DNA of 63,594 nucleotides, filler included, from Collodictyon triciliatum (taxonomy: Eukaryota), in NCBI GenBank assembly GCA_043381765.1. It is 5 parts of 5 records of this genome, joined end to end, with 100 filler letters (N's around TTAATTAATTAA, not from the genome) between each part and the next. Parts side by side here need not be neighbours in the genome. Positions count along the whole stretch, not along the records: positions 1 to 15,376 come from JBHJMP010001336.1; positions 15,477 to 34,278 come from JBHJMP010001337.1; 3 more parts are not named here. The stretch is one strand, 5' to 3'. Numbering within the stretch: position 1 is the first letter of the stretch; each line of letters starts with the position of its first letter. Of this stretch, positions 11,593 through 23,174 are shown piece by piece. The notes under the pieces are model-generated. The model had not been told where the DNA came from, made no database searches, and saw only the letters and a program-made list of their open reading frames with translations. The translations under genes were made by a program, and so were the position numbers.

Positions 11593-14500
11593 TTATGAGA
11601 TTATATGTGTTATTTTGTCAATTAATGAGTAAGTTTGTCTACCAGAAAATGGATTTGCAAGATTTTTGATAAGTGTCGGTTTTGCATTTGTGGTGTTTTC
11701 GTTCAAAGGTGCTTTTTGCGAGTCCATCGTATAGGGATGCCGCAACTCAACGTTTCTTTTCAAAAATACATCTGCCCTTAAAATCTTTGAAGCTGACACA
11801 AAAGCTATTTCGACAGCAGTCTTTTTCACATGAAGAGAATCCCATAAGCCAGTTTTATCACTCTCAACGACAGACGAATCGCCCATTCCCTTGATATGAA
11901 TGCCGAAAAAACTGTAGCGTTCAACCTCATATCTGAGAAAAATTGAAACAAACTTTCAGGAAATGGCGGCGATTTATTCATATTGCTTGATGGTTAATAT
12001 TTTTCTTACTATAAACCAAAAAAATATTACCGAAGAACTAGCCTTCGTTTCACTCAAATTTTAAAATGCCTATTTTCTATAATAAACATACTTTCGCTTC
12101 AAATTTTCAAGGCTTTCAGGTATAAATCCTTCCTGTTTAATGGAATGGAAAATTTTAAACGAAAATATCTACGTAGATCACGTTTGAATGTAAGAAATGA
12201 AAACAAGTAAACTAAAAAGTAAATTAAAAAAGTAAATTAAAAAAGTAAATTAAAAAAGTAAATTAAAAAAGTAAATTAAAAAAGTAAATTAAAAAAGTAA
12301 ATTAAAAAAGTAAATTAAAAAAGTAAATTAAAAAAGTAAATTAAAAAAGTAAATTAAAAAAGTAAATTAAAAAAGTAAATTAAAAAAGTAAATTAAAAAG
12401 TAAACTAAAAAGTTAACTAAAAACAAACATAAAACAATCATAAAATCCGACAAATGAAAAAAAGTAATTGAAACCTGCTGAGAATTTGATATAAGTTTCT
12501 TCACTACATCTTCAAAACTTTGGGACAAACACCGATTAAACATTCGTTCAACAATATTCTCGTGTTCAGACTTTGACCTGGATGTGGTAAACAAGCAAAA
12601 TGAATCAACGATTCCCTACGACACTGGGTGTCAAAAGCATTAGCAAGAATATTCAAGGTACCAGACCTGTAATGAGAAGATAGAGCCACCTCAAAACCCC
12701 CACCACCACTGACCACATAGCCATCCTTCCTTGCCATCAAGGCAACCCGTAAAGCATCCTTTCCGGATGAAATCAAAGTTGGTATATCTGCTTCATATCT
12801 AGTTCGTATAAGAATCGTCTGGCAAGTGAGAGTAGCGGGTGCAATATTAGTAGACCTACGTTAAAGAAGGCTATTTTATTTTATGTTTTGCTTTATTTCT
12901 CAATAAAAAAGGCATAAAATAAAGAGGAAAATATTTAAGAGATAATAATTGTGAACATATAGGATTAAACACCATTTTGATTCTACTTTTTGACAATTGA
13001 TATGTTTCGCACGACCCAAAAGCTTCGAAAGTTGAACGCCTGAAAATTGGAGAAAAGAATCGTTACAATAAGGAAATAAGGGGATGAAATTTTAATTTAA
13101 TTATGATTTATACATAATATATTTATCAAATTACATGATAATACTAATATAAAGTAATTTTTTAAATGTACATTACCTGATAAGCCCTTTATGTCTTCTA
13201 TGCAGTTGAAAATACTTGTCCCTGTGCGATAAGCAATGTTTTTGCATAAATCCTGTTACGTTATGTGAATTCTTTATAAGAAAATTGAATAGAGGGAGCA
13301 AGAGATTTTAATCCAAGAATAGACGGACGAAGGTAAGGAATGCATAGATGTGTACCACATTTTTTTTTTTGGAAAAAGTACCTTCGGTAGCAGAGATAAA
13401 AGGAGAATACCCCTTTTTGCTATGTAATCAATGACCGGCTGGGTTTATTTTTTAATCAAAAAGGCGATGTTAACTCGAATGCAGATTGATTATTATTGAT
13501 AATTGATAGATGAATGATTATATAAATTATCGTTTTAATTCACCCGGATAATTTTACAAAATTTCTTAATAATTTGCATTGAGTGTGAAAATCGATTAGT
13601 ATAAGTATTAACTGGGGGAAGATACTTTTCTGTGATAATACACAAAGGCACGTAATCAGAAAGTTTGGAAACGAAGTGCTCAACTTCCTAGTTTTCATTG
13701 AGGAAAAAAAAGGTTCACATCGCAAGAATTTATTGCAAACATGTTTCGTGATACATTTGGATATCTTTTTAAAGATTGCTTAAATTCCTATACCTTAATC
13801 GACGATTCAAGATGTGACCTAACCATCTTGCCACTGACTGATTGGACTGATTGGCCTGGTATTTTGCACACGCAAAAGCTCACATTATAAACCCGCAAAC
13901 GTACTTTGAATCGAATAAAGAAAAAAATAAACCCTCAAACGTGGTTTGACATCGACCCTCATAAAAGCTTTTGTATACTCGACAATATTAAAAACTGATG
14001 ATAAAATTACTGGCAGGAGACCAATCTAACAAAATCAAAAGGAAAGGAGATTCAAGGTTTCGTGGCATGGAATGATGAGAAGGCTTTGTTTATGAAATAG
14101 AATTTCGAGGTTAGTCCGAAAAAAAAAAGAAGAAGGAAGACCTTTGACGAGAAATTGCATATTTCTTATGAAGTAACACTCATAAAGATAAGTAGTTATA
14201 CAAACCCCTCTGTCGAAAAGAAGACCATCGAACATTTGAGTTTTTGTTTCATTCAAAGCCAGTTGACATGTCAAATACGTCTCGATATCACCTCTTCTGG
14301 AAGCTTCATATATGATGGATGCAATATCCTTTATTTATTTATTTATTATATGCCATCATGTGTGATAAGTTGAAAAATATACATTAAATCAGTTTCGCAT
14401 AAAATGTCATCAAATGATTATGTGAGATATTTGAATCGAATAGAGGCGGAAAAATAATCGTGTGAAATCAGAGCTGCGACTTTGTCATGAGGCCACCTTT

Positions 14501-15218
14501 GCTTGTTGAATAGGCACTTTGGTGGAAAGAACTGATTCCACTAAAGCCTGAGCGCGAAGCGTAGGTTCATCCGTGACATCTCGTGTGTTAGAGCATGAAG
14601 TAAAACTACACTCCTTTGAAAAATCCTTCAGATGGTCAGATATGAAAAGAGATTCATGGATAAGTTTTTCACAGATGACAGACGGGTGCATTCCTTGTTG
14701 AATCAGAGTCCTTGCGTTTTCAAGTATTGCAGCCAATAAAAGTACCACGAAGCATGTCCCTTAATTATTATTTATTTTAAAAATTATTCATTCTATTAGC
14801 AACATCGCGTATTTTAAAAAAAATGATACATAGATGCAAATAAAATGAGTATACCATCGCCTGCTTTTTCATCCTGATTTTTGGAAACATCGATAATCAT
14901 GGCAGAAATAGGATGTTGAGCGACAGATTTCTGCAATTTCATACAATATCTCCATCAGATATTATAATTGATATATTTTGTCGGTGACAGATGAAAGATA
15001 CTTCTGTTGTAAAAACAAAATAAAAAGAAAATACAGATATTTCAATATGAAAAAAGAAAGATACTCGGTAAAACATTTACAGATAGGATGAGACTGGCTT
15101 TGCTGAGATACTCTCGCTTGGCATCCTCTCGAATAACAAGCGCTTTCATTTGCATGGGTCCATAAGTGGCGCCGATTAGACCAGCAAGGCTGGAGCATAT
15201 TTGGACCGAGTGTTGCAT
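11593..15218 (-). CDS. Divergent group II chaperonin (CCT/TCP-1 fold; possibly BBS6/10/12-type chaperonin-like), multi-exon
   Basis: LIGATYGPMQMKALV, AQHPISAMIIDVSKNQDEKAGDG-TCFVVLLLAAILENARTLIQQGMHPSVI, MFDGLLF, VVSGGGGFEVAL and GLWDSLHVKKTAVEIAFVSASKILRAD match Cpn60/TCP-1 equatorial motifs, with a degenerate GDGTT(T/S). Confidence 0.85.
12210..12420. repeat. (AAAAAAGTAAATT)n 13-bp minisatellite in chaperonin intron
   Basis: Direct reading. Confidence 0.95.
13887..13942 (+). mobile_element. Micro retro-insertion, family A (insert 13903-13926), with 16-bp TSD, in chaperonin intron
   Basis: ataaacccgcaaacgt [actttgaatcgaataaagaaaaaa] ataaaccctcaaacgt; 1 mismatch. Confidence 0.85.
14412..14468 (+). 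mobile_element. Older, degenerate micro retro-insertion, family A (insert 14429-14451)
   Basis: aaatgattatgtgagat [atttgaatcgaatagaggcggaa] aaataatcgtgtgaaat; 4 mismatches in 17. Confidence 0.6.
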
Positions 15219-15376
15219 CTCCTGAGACGGAGTGTGTCTTCTGCTTTGTACTTGATTCGTAGAGGATATTATGACAGTTTAAAAAGAAAAAAGAAAAGAA
15301 AAAAGAAAAGAAAAAAGAAAAGAAAAAAGAAAAGAAAAAAGAAAAGAAAAAAGAAAAGAAAAAAGAAAAGAAAAAA

Positions 15377-15476
15377 NNNNNNNNNNNNNNNNNNNNNNNN
15401 NNNNNNNNNNNNNNNNNNNNTTAATTAATTAANNNNNNNNNNNNNNNNNNNNNNNNNNNNNNNNNNNNNNNNNNNN
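15377..15476. other. Artificial contig linker N44-TTAATTAATTAA-N44
   Basis: Exactly 100 bp. The 12-mer has stops in all six frames. Identical linkers at 34279, 53177 and 61254. Confidence 0.97.
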
Positions 15477-16288
15477 TGGATGCACCTTTTATGACGAAGG
15501 TGTGAATAGATGGTATCTGAATTTCAAGCCCTGGATTCAATGCAGCCCAGCCTCGGATGAATATCAAAAACTGCTCGCAATATCTGTCCCAATTTTCGTT
15601 ATTTTCTTGGTCGGTCTGCCTGCTTTTGTACTGTGGAAAGTGAAAATCATGACAGAAAGACCTGGATACGAACCAGGAGCGCGATATGGATTCCTTTACT
15701 TGCCATACAAGGAGGTAATTGATTCAATATTCTTTTTATTTTGACACTATCAATTGTGAATTTTTATGGGAGTTATGTTATATAGAGTTTCAAGTATTGG
15801 GAATTTGTCATTATCGCACGCCGCATCGCTTTTTCGTTCGTGCTCAGTGTCATTCCATACACAAGCCCAGCCGTTTTCTTCGTGCTTCTCATCATTGTTA
15901 TTCAGGTGAATTAAATATTTATTTTTATGGTGCAATACATGAGATAATTTTTTGAAAATGAAATACTAAATCAAGCACAAACTATTAGGGCTCAATTTGG
16001 ATGCAAAAAGAATACAAGCCTTACCACTCGAAAATCGAAAATCAGATGGAGTTATCCAGCCTCTACATTATTTTTTTGTCATTTTTCCTTTCGCTTATGT
16101 CGACTCTTTTTGACTCGCAATCGTGGATTACAGTTTTTCTTATTGGAATGAACTCAATATGGTTGCTTTATTTTTCGTCAATCGCTTTTGTGATTCCTTT
16201 ATTCAGAAGTGGCGAAATCAAGCAAAAATTGGTCAAAATGAAAAATCTGATGAATGGAAAACGATTATCTGACCCGTTGTTGGATTAA
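15477..16288 (+). CDS. 3' part of a multi-pass membrane protein (TRP-like C-terminal TM region typical of large protist surface proteins); 5' truncated by linker
   Basis: Three exons: YLNFKPWIQC...IFLVGLPAFVLW...ARYGFLYLPYKE / FKYWEFVIIARRIAF / KPYHSKIENQMELSSL; several hydrophobic helices. Confidence 0.75.
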
Positions 16289-16477
16289 TCGAATAAATGA
16301 TTAAACAAACATTAAATTAATATTTATATCATTCTCTTAAGAAACTTACAATATTGGAATTTTCTAATTAACTTTCTTTATTTTTCAACAGTTTTCAATT
16401 CATTATATTATTTTTTGATTTTTTTTATCCTTTGCTAATAATAGATATCCCAATCATGTCATTCATTCCAAGGCATG

Positions 16478-16768
16478 TTTTTTTTCCTTTATTCGATTCA
16501 AAGTGCAACAAGGTTATGCCATAAAAAGAAGTGAGACAGGTGCGCATAGTGAAGAGCAAACGCGAGTAAGGGAAGACACTACTGTGGAGAGGGTAGCACT
16601 GGAAAGAAATCAGTGATAGCGAGTTGGTCAGGCGGGCGTCCCAACTGGTTGATTGGTTGCGTGGGTAGCAGGGGTTGGATATGCTGTGGGAGATATCTTA
16701 CGACGCATTCCCACATCTCTCTTCGCTTGCGGTCAGAGTAGCGAAGAATGCGAGCGTGTTTCAGCGGA
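16478..16768 (-). mobile_element. 5'-truncated non-LTR retrotransposon (LINE) 3' end: ORF2 C-terminus, 3' UTR and poly(A)
   Basis: The peptide ILRYSDRKRREMWE...QLAITDFF resembles the C-terminus of the zinc-finger-bearing ORF at 59847 (VLYYSDPVRRDMWK...QFLITDYF). The 3' UTR ends ACTTTGAATCGAATAAAGG(A)8. Confidence 0.75.
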
Positions 16769-17081
16769 TTATGATTATTATGATCATTATGATCATTATG
16801 ATCATTATCATTATCATTTGTTTCAAAGAGCTCGCTCCGTCTTATTAGTAGGTTGTTGTACTCACGGGTCGGTGGCAGCTGGCCTCTTGATCGTCGGTGT
16901 GTCTCGGTGCATAACCTGTGTTGCAAGGGATGTGGTAAAGTGACCTTTTCGCTCTCTGCGTTGGCTGAGTCGGCCTTCCCGGTTTGCGTCTAGTCAGTAG
17001 GCATTCATCGGCGCAGGGCTGTGGCGCTGGTCTCCTGGTAGGCGGTCTCGTTCTTCTCGGGATCCCTCTTTTCGATCCCTT

Positions 17082-17140
<59 letters not shown>

Positions 17141-18405
17141 TCGACTTCAGAACGTGGCTGGTTGATAGAAGAAGGAAAGAGCTCTGGTGTAGTAATATTA
17201 TTTTCAGAGAATGTGTCTTTTGTCTCTCAGTGTATTTATTTCTCAGCAAAAGATACTTTCTTTTTCATAGCGTTTTTTGTATTGATCTTCTCAAGTCATG
17301 TCTCTCAGTGTGATCACGTTTATTCACATTGTGATTCCCGATAAAAACTGGTGAATTCCATTAAAAGCTGACTCGTATATGTATTAAAAAAAATCTCACA
17401 AAAGCAACAGGAAGATATTCCTGTTTGAACTTCTCGGGCGTGCCTTTCGTCGGGGTGTTTTTTAAGGCGGTTATTGGACTGAAAAGAAAAAAAAGAAACA
17501 GGATGCACCTCCGGTTCTACCACTCACTCCTACCCGCGCCGTTCTGACAGTGTAATATTAGAATCCCACATAGACCAGCCGCCCTGGCGCCCAACTGCGG
17601 GCAAATGAGCATAATAAATTGTGCAATTAATACTTCCACAATGACAGAGACCCGTTCGGAGAGTCCCAGGTGCCTGAAGCTGGCATTCGTTACAGGCCAG
17701 AAGCTGCTACGGATTGCGCTGTATAATAAAATGAAGACGGCGTAAGCTTGCATTCGTTGCCTCATTAAACTTTATGCTGTGTATACATAAATATAGCGTT
17801 ACTGAATACACATTCTGACTTACAGTTATCCATAAGCTGAAGAAAAATACATTTTTATATAAATTCCGTAAATAGATAACATATAATACATTCTTACTTT
17901 ATTTGATGGATTGATTCCATATCTGGATATACAATATTATGTAGAAGCTTCCAAAGCCCCCGAAATCTCCGCTGAAAGATATTAGCACCTTCTCGAAGCC
18001 TCTTGGCCACGAAAAATCTTGTAACATTCTTTAAGAAACAACAGACCCAGATAAAACAACAGATTATTGGCGTTTTCTACAAACTCAATAGCGCCCGCTT
18101 CTTAATAAGTGAGAGTCTCTTAATCATTGCCATTTCCTCATAAAATTCTGTCAATTTCTTTCTTTTAAGAATAGTTAATAAACAGTTCAATTAATTTATC
18201 CGAAACGAGACATTATTCAGCCCGACACAACCGCGCGTGTACCTCCGACACTCCTTCAGATTACACAAATCTCAGACTCTTTCTGAGCTCGAGCTCGTGG
18301 CCCTTCAAAAACGACAAACACCAGTTACAATAGGACACACAAAGCAGCAGACGACCAGACCGCCGGACTTACTAACCTCCTGCTGAGCCGCACGATCTTT
18401 CCTAG

Positions 18406-21400
18406 ATGTTTCGACAATTCAGAGCCAACACGGTCGATAACTCAGCTCGTCTCGAAGAGCTGCGAAAGCTTGCGGAAGATCCAGATATTGTCTCCCTTCA
18501 AAACCGGACCCATTTGTACCTTGGATCAAAGAATCTGACTTCTTTTCCACCAGCAGTTTTCATACTGACCCGTTTGTTGCAGTTATGGGTGAATAGCAAC
18601 CAGATATCGTTCCTTCCGCCAGACATTTCGCGATTGAGAGGTCTCAAGGTGCTTAGTGCTGACAGTAACAAACTTTCATCTCTTCCGCTAGAAATATCCC
18701 ATTTGACCAACTTGGTTTACCTTGGTGTTTGCGGAAACCAGGTGTCGTTTTTGCCTCTAGAGATATCCGTTCTGACAGGTCTCACTTATCTGGGCTGCGG
18801 AAGCAATCTCCTAGCGACACTAGAGCCGGAGATATCGTGTCTGACAAACTTAAAAGAGCTTGATATCAGTGTAAATAAATTATCGTGGCTTCCTTCCGGA
18901 ATATCCTGCTTGAAGTGCTTGGAATACCTCAGCGCCTATGAAAATCTATTTTCATACCTACCTACTGAGATGTCTGATTTGGAGTGTCTCAGAGAACTAG
19001 ACATTGGGTCCAATCAGCTGTCCTCTATCCCCGAGGGAATTCTGTGGTTAACCGGCCTAAATGAACTGCATATCGGAGGCAATCATCTTCCCTCCATTAG
19101 CCCGCAAATATCATGGCTGGCTGACTTAATTGTACTCGCAATCGACAGGAATCCGGTACAATTTTCTTTCAATACAAAGAATATCAATATAAATCCTTCA
19201 TTTCCCTAAAATTGTGAGATTCAAATTATCACAGAATTTAGAAAACACATACCTTTAATGATAAAACCAAACATAGATCGAAGAGCTCCCATCTGAAATC
19301 ACAGCTTTAAAAAATCTGAAGAGATTATACATCGAAGCCTCAGGCCAGATAAATATAAAGAGAGCTCCCTGCGGAATTACTAACCTCCCTTGCTGGGACA
19401 ACAAGGACAAACCTTCCACAGACATGACCATGAGTTTTGCGGAGGCTCTTCAAAAGCTTGAACTCTACGACCCCGTAAGCAATATTTTTACATTGTATTA
19501 AGTGATACTAATTTTTTTTTTTTATTCTTCCTTTCAATTTTGTGCAGGATGGTGGAGATGTTGGCATTAAGTGATACTAATAATAACGTGGTATAATTAG
19601 GGAACATCTGTTTTTGAAGAACAGGGAGGTTTCAAATCTGAGCAAGCCAGGAGAGCTGAAGAGGATGCTAAGGTTTTTTCAAACCCTCAAGGAATAACCT
19701 ATCGACTAGAAATTGAGACTATCAGATTGTGTAATTGCCATCTAATTAATATATAGCATCAGCCATTGTTTGTCCAAGCGATCAAGTCTGTCCACCCAGG
19801 TTACAATGACTCCAACCTTCACTCAATTCATGGACTGATGACTCCAAGTATACCCATTGATTGTGGTCTCAGGACTAACACCGATTTTATAGATAAATCG
19901 AGGGCGAACTACAGACCCTTCGCAAGCGGAGAAGTGTTTCAAGTAAAGTCTCGTCTGGCGTCAGGGTGAGATTTATCGGTGTTTTCTTTTTTCTTTCTTT
20001 TTGACGGAATCTAAGCTCATCTTCTGGGCTGTAGTGTGCTCGAGGTTGACGGTATCGTCGAAAACTTCTATGTGGATGAGAAAAATGTAAAGGAGCTCGA
20101 CAGAGGCAGCTGCGGGAACGTGTCGCTGTATGGTGAGAATAATTGTGTTGGAGCAATCTGTCACTGTTTTCTACTCCATTTTAATGGAATCTACAGTTTA
20201 TTTTTCTTCTATTTGTCTTTTTCTTTTCCTTTTTATTCATTTCTTCTCTTTTCTTCTCCTTTGAATTCAATCTTACACCTCATTATCCTACTCGCACTCG
20301 AAACTAGACCAACACAAGAGAAGGCTGAAACTCGCAAAAATCCAACAGCGCATCATCCACGCAAAGTCCATGGTCTCGCAAGTAAGTAACCCAACAGTTG
20401 TGTCCCCATCGACCATCTATCATGTATAACGGTATTAAACACACCACGAGCGTCACTTGACTCATCCCTGTGTCAAGATTTGTACGGACGGTCTGGACGA
20501 TGATGAATGCACGACTTACGACGAGCTGTACCACGGAAAGGAAGAAGAAAATGAGATCGCTGTCGAAGGCGGCCAAATACCCAGGGATAGTCAGCAGGTC
20601 GCCGACTTCTCAGAGATTGTATATTTCGTGAGCGAGGACTTTGTAAACAGCGCGGTGGAAAAAAAGGACTCTGCTGACATTACGGCCAAGCGCGTCAAAT
20701 TAGAAGTCGACGCTTGCCTCTCTGGTGCATTGTGCGCGCTCTGCTTCAATTTCTACACAGCGCCCCGCTCTCTTCCTTGCCAACACACTTTCTGCACTGC
20801 ATGTATCAAGACTGCCATCATCGACTCCAAGCAGGAGCCTCCCTTCAGCTGCCCGATGTGCCACGAGCACACATATATCGACGAAGACTCCTTGTGCGAC
20901 TTGGCTCCTCCCCAGTACGACACCGGAGCTTCGGAAGCGGCAAAGCAAAGTCTGGATGCAGATAAGAATGAACGCTCGACTTCTCGCCAAAAATGCCGAG
21001 CAAGAGGATGCTCAGAAGATGCAACGTCGTACTGTGAGAACTGTGGCGAAAAGGGTGTTTACTGCACAGAACACAGCAAAATGCACACCGTTGTATTGGA
21101 CGACCATGTCATCAAGTAAGTATCTCTTCATCACCAGCATAGAAGTGGATGGTGGGTGGATGGGATTTATTTTTCACATTTGATATGGGAAGTGTGGTTA
21201 CCCTATAAATATATGAACATTTCACAAGGCCTTTAGTATGGGGAGCAGTGCCGAGCCTGAAGAAGGTGGAGAACTGTGCATTGCACAAAGATATTCCAAT
21301 CGGATTCTTTTGTCCGTCATGCCCCGAGTCTCCTCTAAAGTGCGCGAAGTGTGTATATGATGACAAATTTCATGATGCATTCCACAAAGAACTGAAGCAG

Positions 21401-21615
21401 GCAGGATTTGGAGCAGACGCCGTCATCACAGCGAAAATCAGAGAGCTTGGAGCCTCAGAGCAAAAGCTTAGGTGTATCACGGAAACTGTCCGGGACAGAA
21501 TCAACGAGGTATCTGGCCATCCACGTATATACACAGATGTGGCATGGGCTTACCTTTGAAACAAGTCGTGTGTCTTTCACATATACTCGCTATCTGTTTG
21601 TTGTCTCTCTTTTCT

Positions 21616-21690
<75 letters not shown>

Positions 21691-23174
21691 GATGTAGTTA
21701 TTATTCACTACAAACATCCTCATCCATTCTTTGTACAGGTCACTTGTTGCCACAAACAACAAACAGAAGAGTTGGACGAGTTTGTTAAAGAACTGGAGGC
21801 TCAGGTCAGGCGGTTCAAGATAGAATCCCGGGAGCAGGTACGCCCGAGAATAAATATTGAAGATGGTACAATGTCACACGGGCCCCTTGCTAGTGCCTTC
21901 CATCCTTTGTATGTGTGTATGTATGTTTTAATATTTTCCATAACGCAACAAAACAGCTCGAGGCCATGAACACATGTGTCCTCACCCCTCTGCAAGACCT
22001 TCAAAAGAAGCTGGAATGTGAGATGCACCGAATCCGCATCGCCAAGCGAAGCCTCGCCAAGCTGAAGAAGGATGCTGACGACCGATCGCTGATTCAGACA
22101 GGTAATGCGCTACGCTTTGCCAACCAAGTTCTCTATTCCAAGTACGATGCACCTGTGCCGATTGTGCCTCTCAAGATTATCTCAAGAGTCTCGGACTGCA
22201 TCCTGCATGACCTCAAGAGACTGAATGAGTCGTTCATGTATGGCTTGAGCTTCACAAACACAGGCAAGCCGCGCCAAAGGATAGAGCAATCATCTTCAGT
22301 CGAGCTGTTTTATGAGATTGGCATTCCGCCATCACAAATCCCACCGACGCCCACAGCAAGCGCAGATTCTCTGACAGCAAATATAACGATTGAGTGTCCG
22401 TGGGCTGTTTGTGTGCACCCACAGAACGGTAGTGTATATGTCACAGACGAAGACATGCAAACCGTGCTCATCTTCGACACAAACCTCAGACACATATCAT
22501 CGCACCACACCGGACTTAGTGTCCCAAAGTCGCTGCACGGCCCAAGAGGAATCGCTATCTCGGGCGATGGACTGATAGCCATAGCAGACTGCGAAGGTCA
22601 CTGTGTAAAACTCTTCACAGATGAGCTCACACTGGTCAAGACTATCGGTGGGAAGAAAGGCACGGGGAGCGGACAGTTCCACCGGCCATACTCGGTTGCG
22701 TTCGACAGCGAAGGGAGCTTCTATGTGGCCGACTCTGGGAACCAACGAGTCCAGAAGTTCAACAAGAAAGGCGACTTTGTCTGCATCGTGGAGGTTGGAA
22801 ATGAAGGTGACAGCCCCGCCAAGCCGCTCGTCAACGGTGTGTGCGTCAACGAAGAGGATGAGCTTTTGGTTTTGTGTGCCGGGTCCGACAGAGTTCGTGT
22901 GTTCTCCAAGGACAGAGGATTCGAAGGAAGTGTCAAGCTGAAGACTGCAACGAGTGTGGAAGGCTGGTCGCACATATTCCGGGCCTCTCGAGGCATCTTT
23001 GGTGTTTGCGACAACAAAAGCGGAGCGATAACCTTCTACGACTACAAAAGCGTAGTTCATCATCGTGCTGTCGTGCAGGGCTGCCTGGGGGCGTGCTTTG
23101 GACGTGATGGGACTTTCTACACGACGAGCCTTTCGCAAAAATCAGTGTCTGCCTTTTCCACAGGGCATGAATAA
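18406..23174 (+). CDS. Single gene: LRR array - uncharacterised linker domain - RING - B-box - B-box - coiled coil - NHL beta-propeller (LRR-fused TRIM-NHL-like E3 ligase)
   Basis: LRR exon 18406-19155 splices in phase 0 to 19277-19474 (IEELPSEITALKNLKRLYIE...DMTMSFAEALQ). Further GT-AG exons lead in frame to RING CALC...LPCQHTFCTACI...CPMC, B-boxes (CRARGC...CENC...YCTEHSKMH; CALHKD...CPSC...CAKC...H), a coiled coil, and NHL repeats (LHGPRGIAIS, FHRPYSVAFDSEGSFYVADSGNQRVQKF). Confidence 0.8.
19497..19581 (-). mobile_element. Short retro-insertion, family B (53-bp insert 19513-19565), with perfect 16-bp TSD, in intron
   Basis: attaagtgatactaat flanks both sides. The insert reads gccaacatctccaccatcctgcacaaaattgaaaggaagaat(A)n on the minus strand. 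The same 3' end recurs at 25908-25939. Confidence 0.82.

Noticed and set aside
11072-12420. Tandem arrays as CRISPR or telomeric repeats
   Set aside because: No unique spacers and no cas genes; internal AT-rich mini/microsatellites in a eukaryotic intergenic or intronic context.
15421-15432. Recurrent palindromic TTAATTAATTAA as a biological motif or transposon target site
   Set aside because: Always centred in exactly 44+44 Ns; an assembly linker.
18406-19209. Stand-alone 267-aa LRR gene
   Set aside because: The last 17 codons look intronic; a phase-0 donor at 19156 joins a further LRR exon and the downstream TRIM-like exons.
18362-19421. Shared TACTAACCTCC motif upstream of two ATGs (18406 and 19424), suggesting paired promoters or trans-splice sites
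   Set aside because: The second copy lies inside an in-frame coding exon (GITNLPC). The first may simply be a 5' intron branch point.
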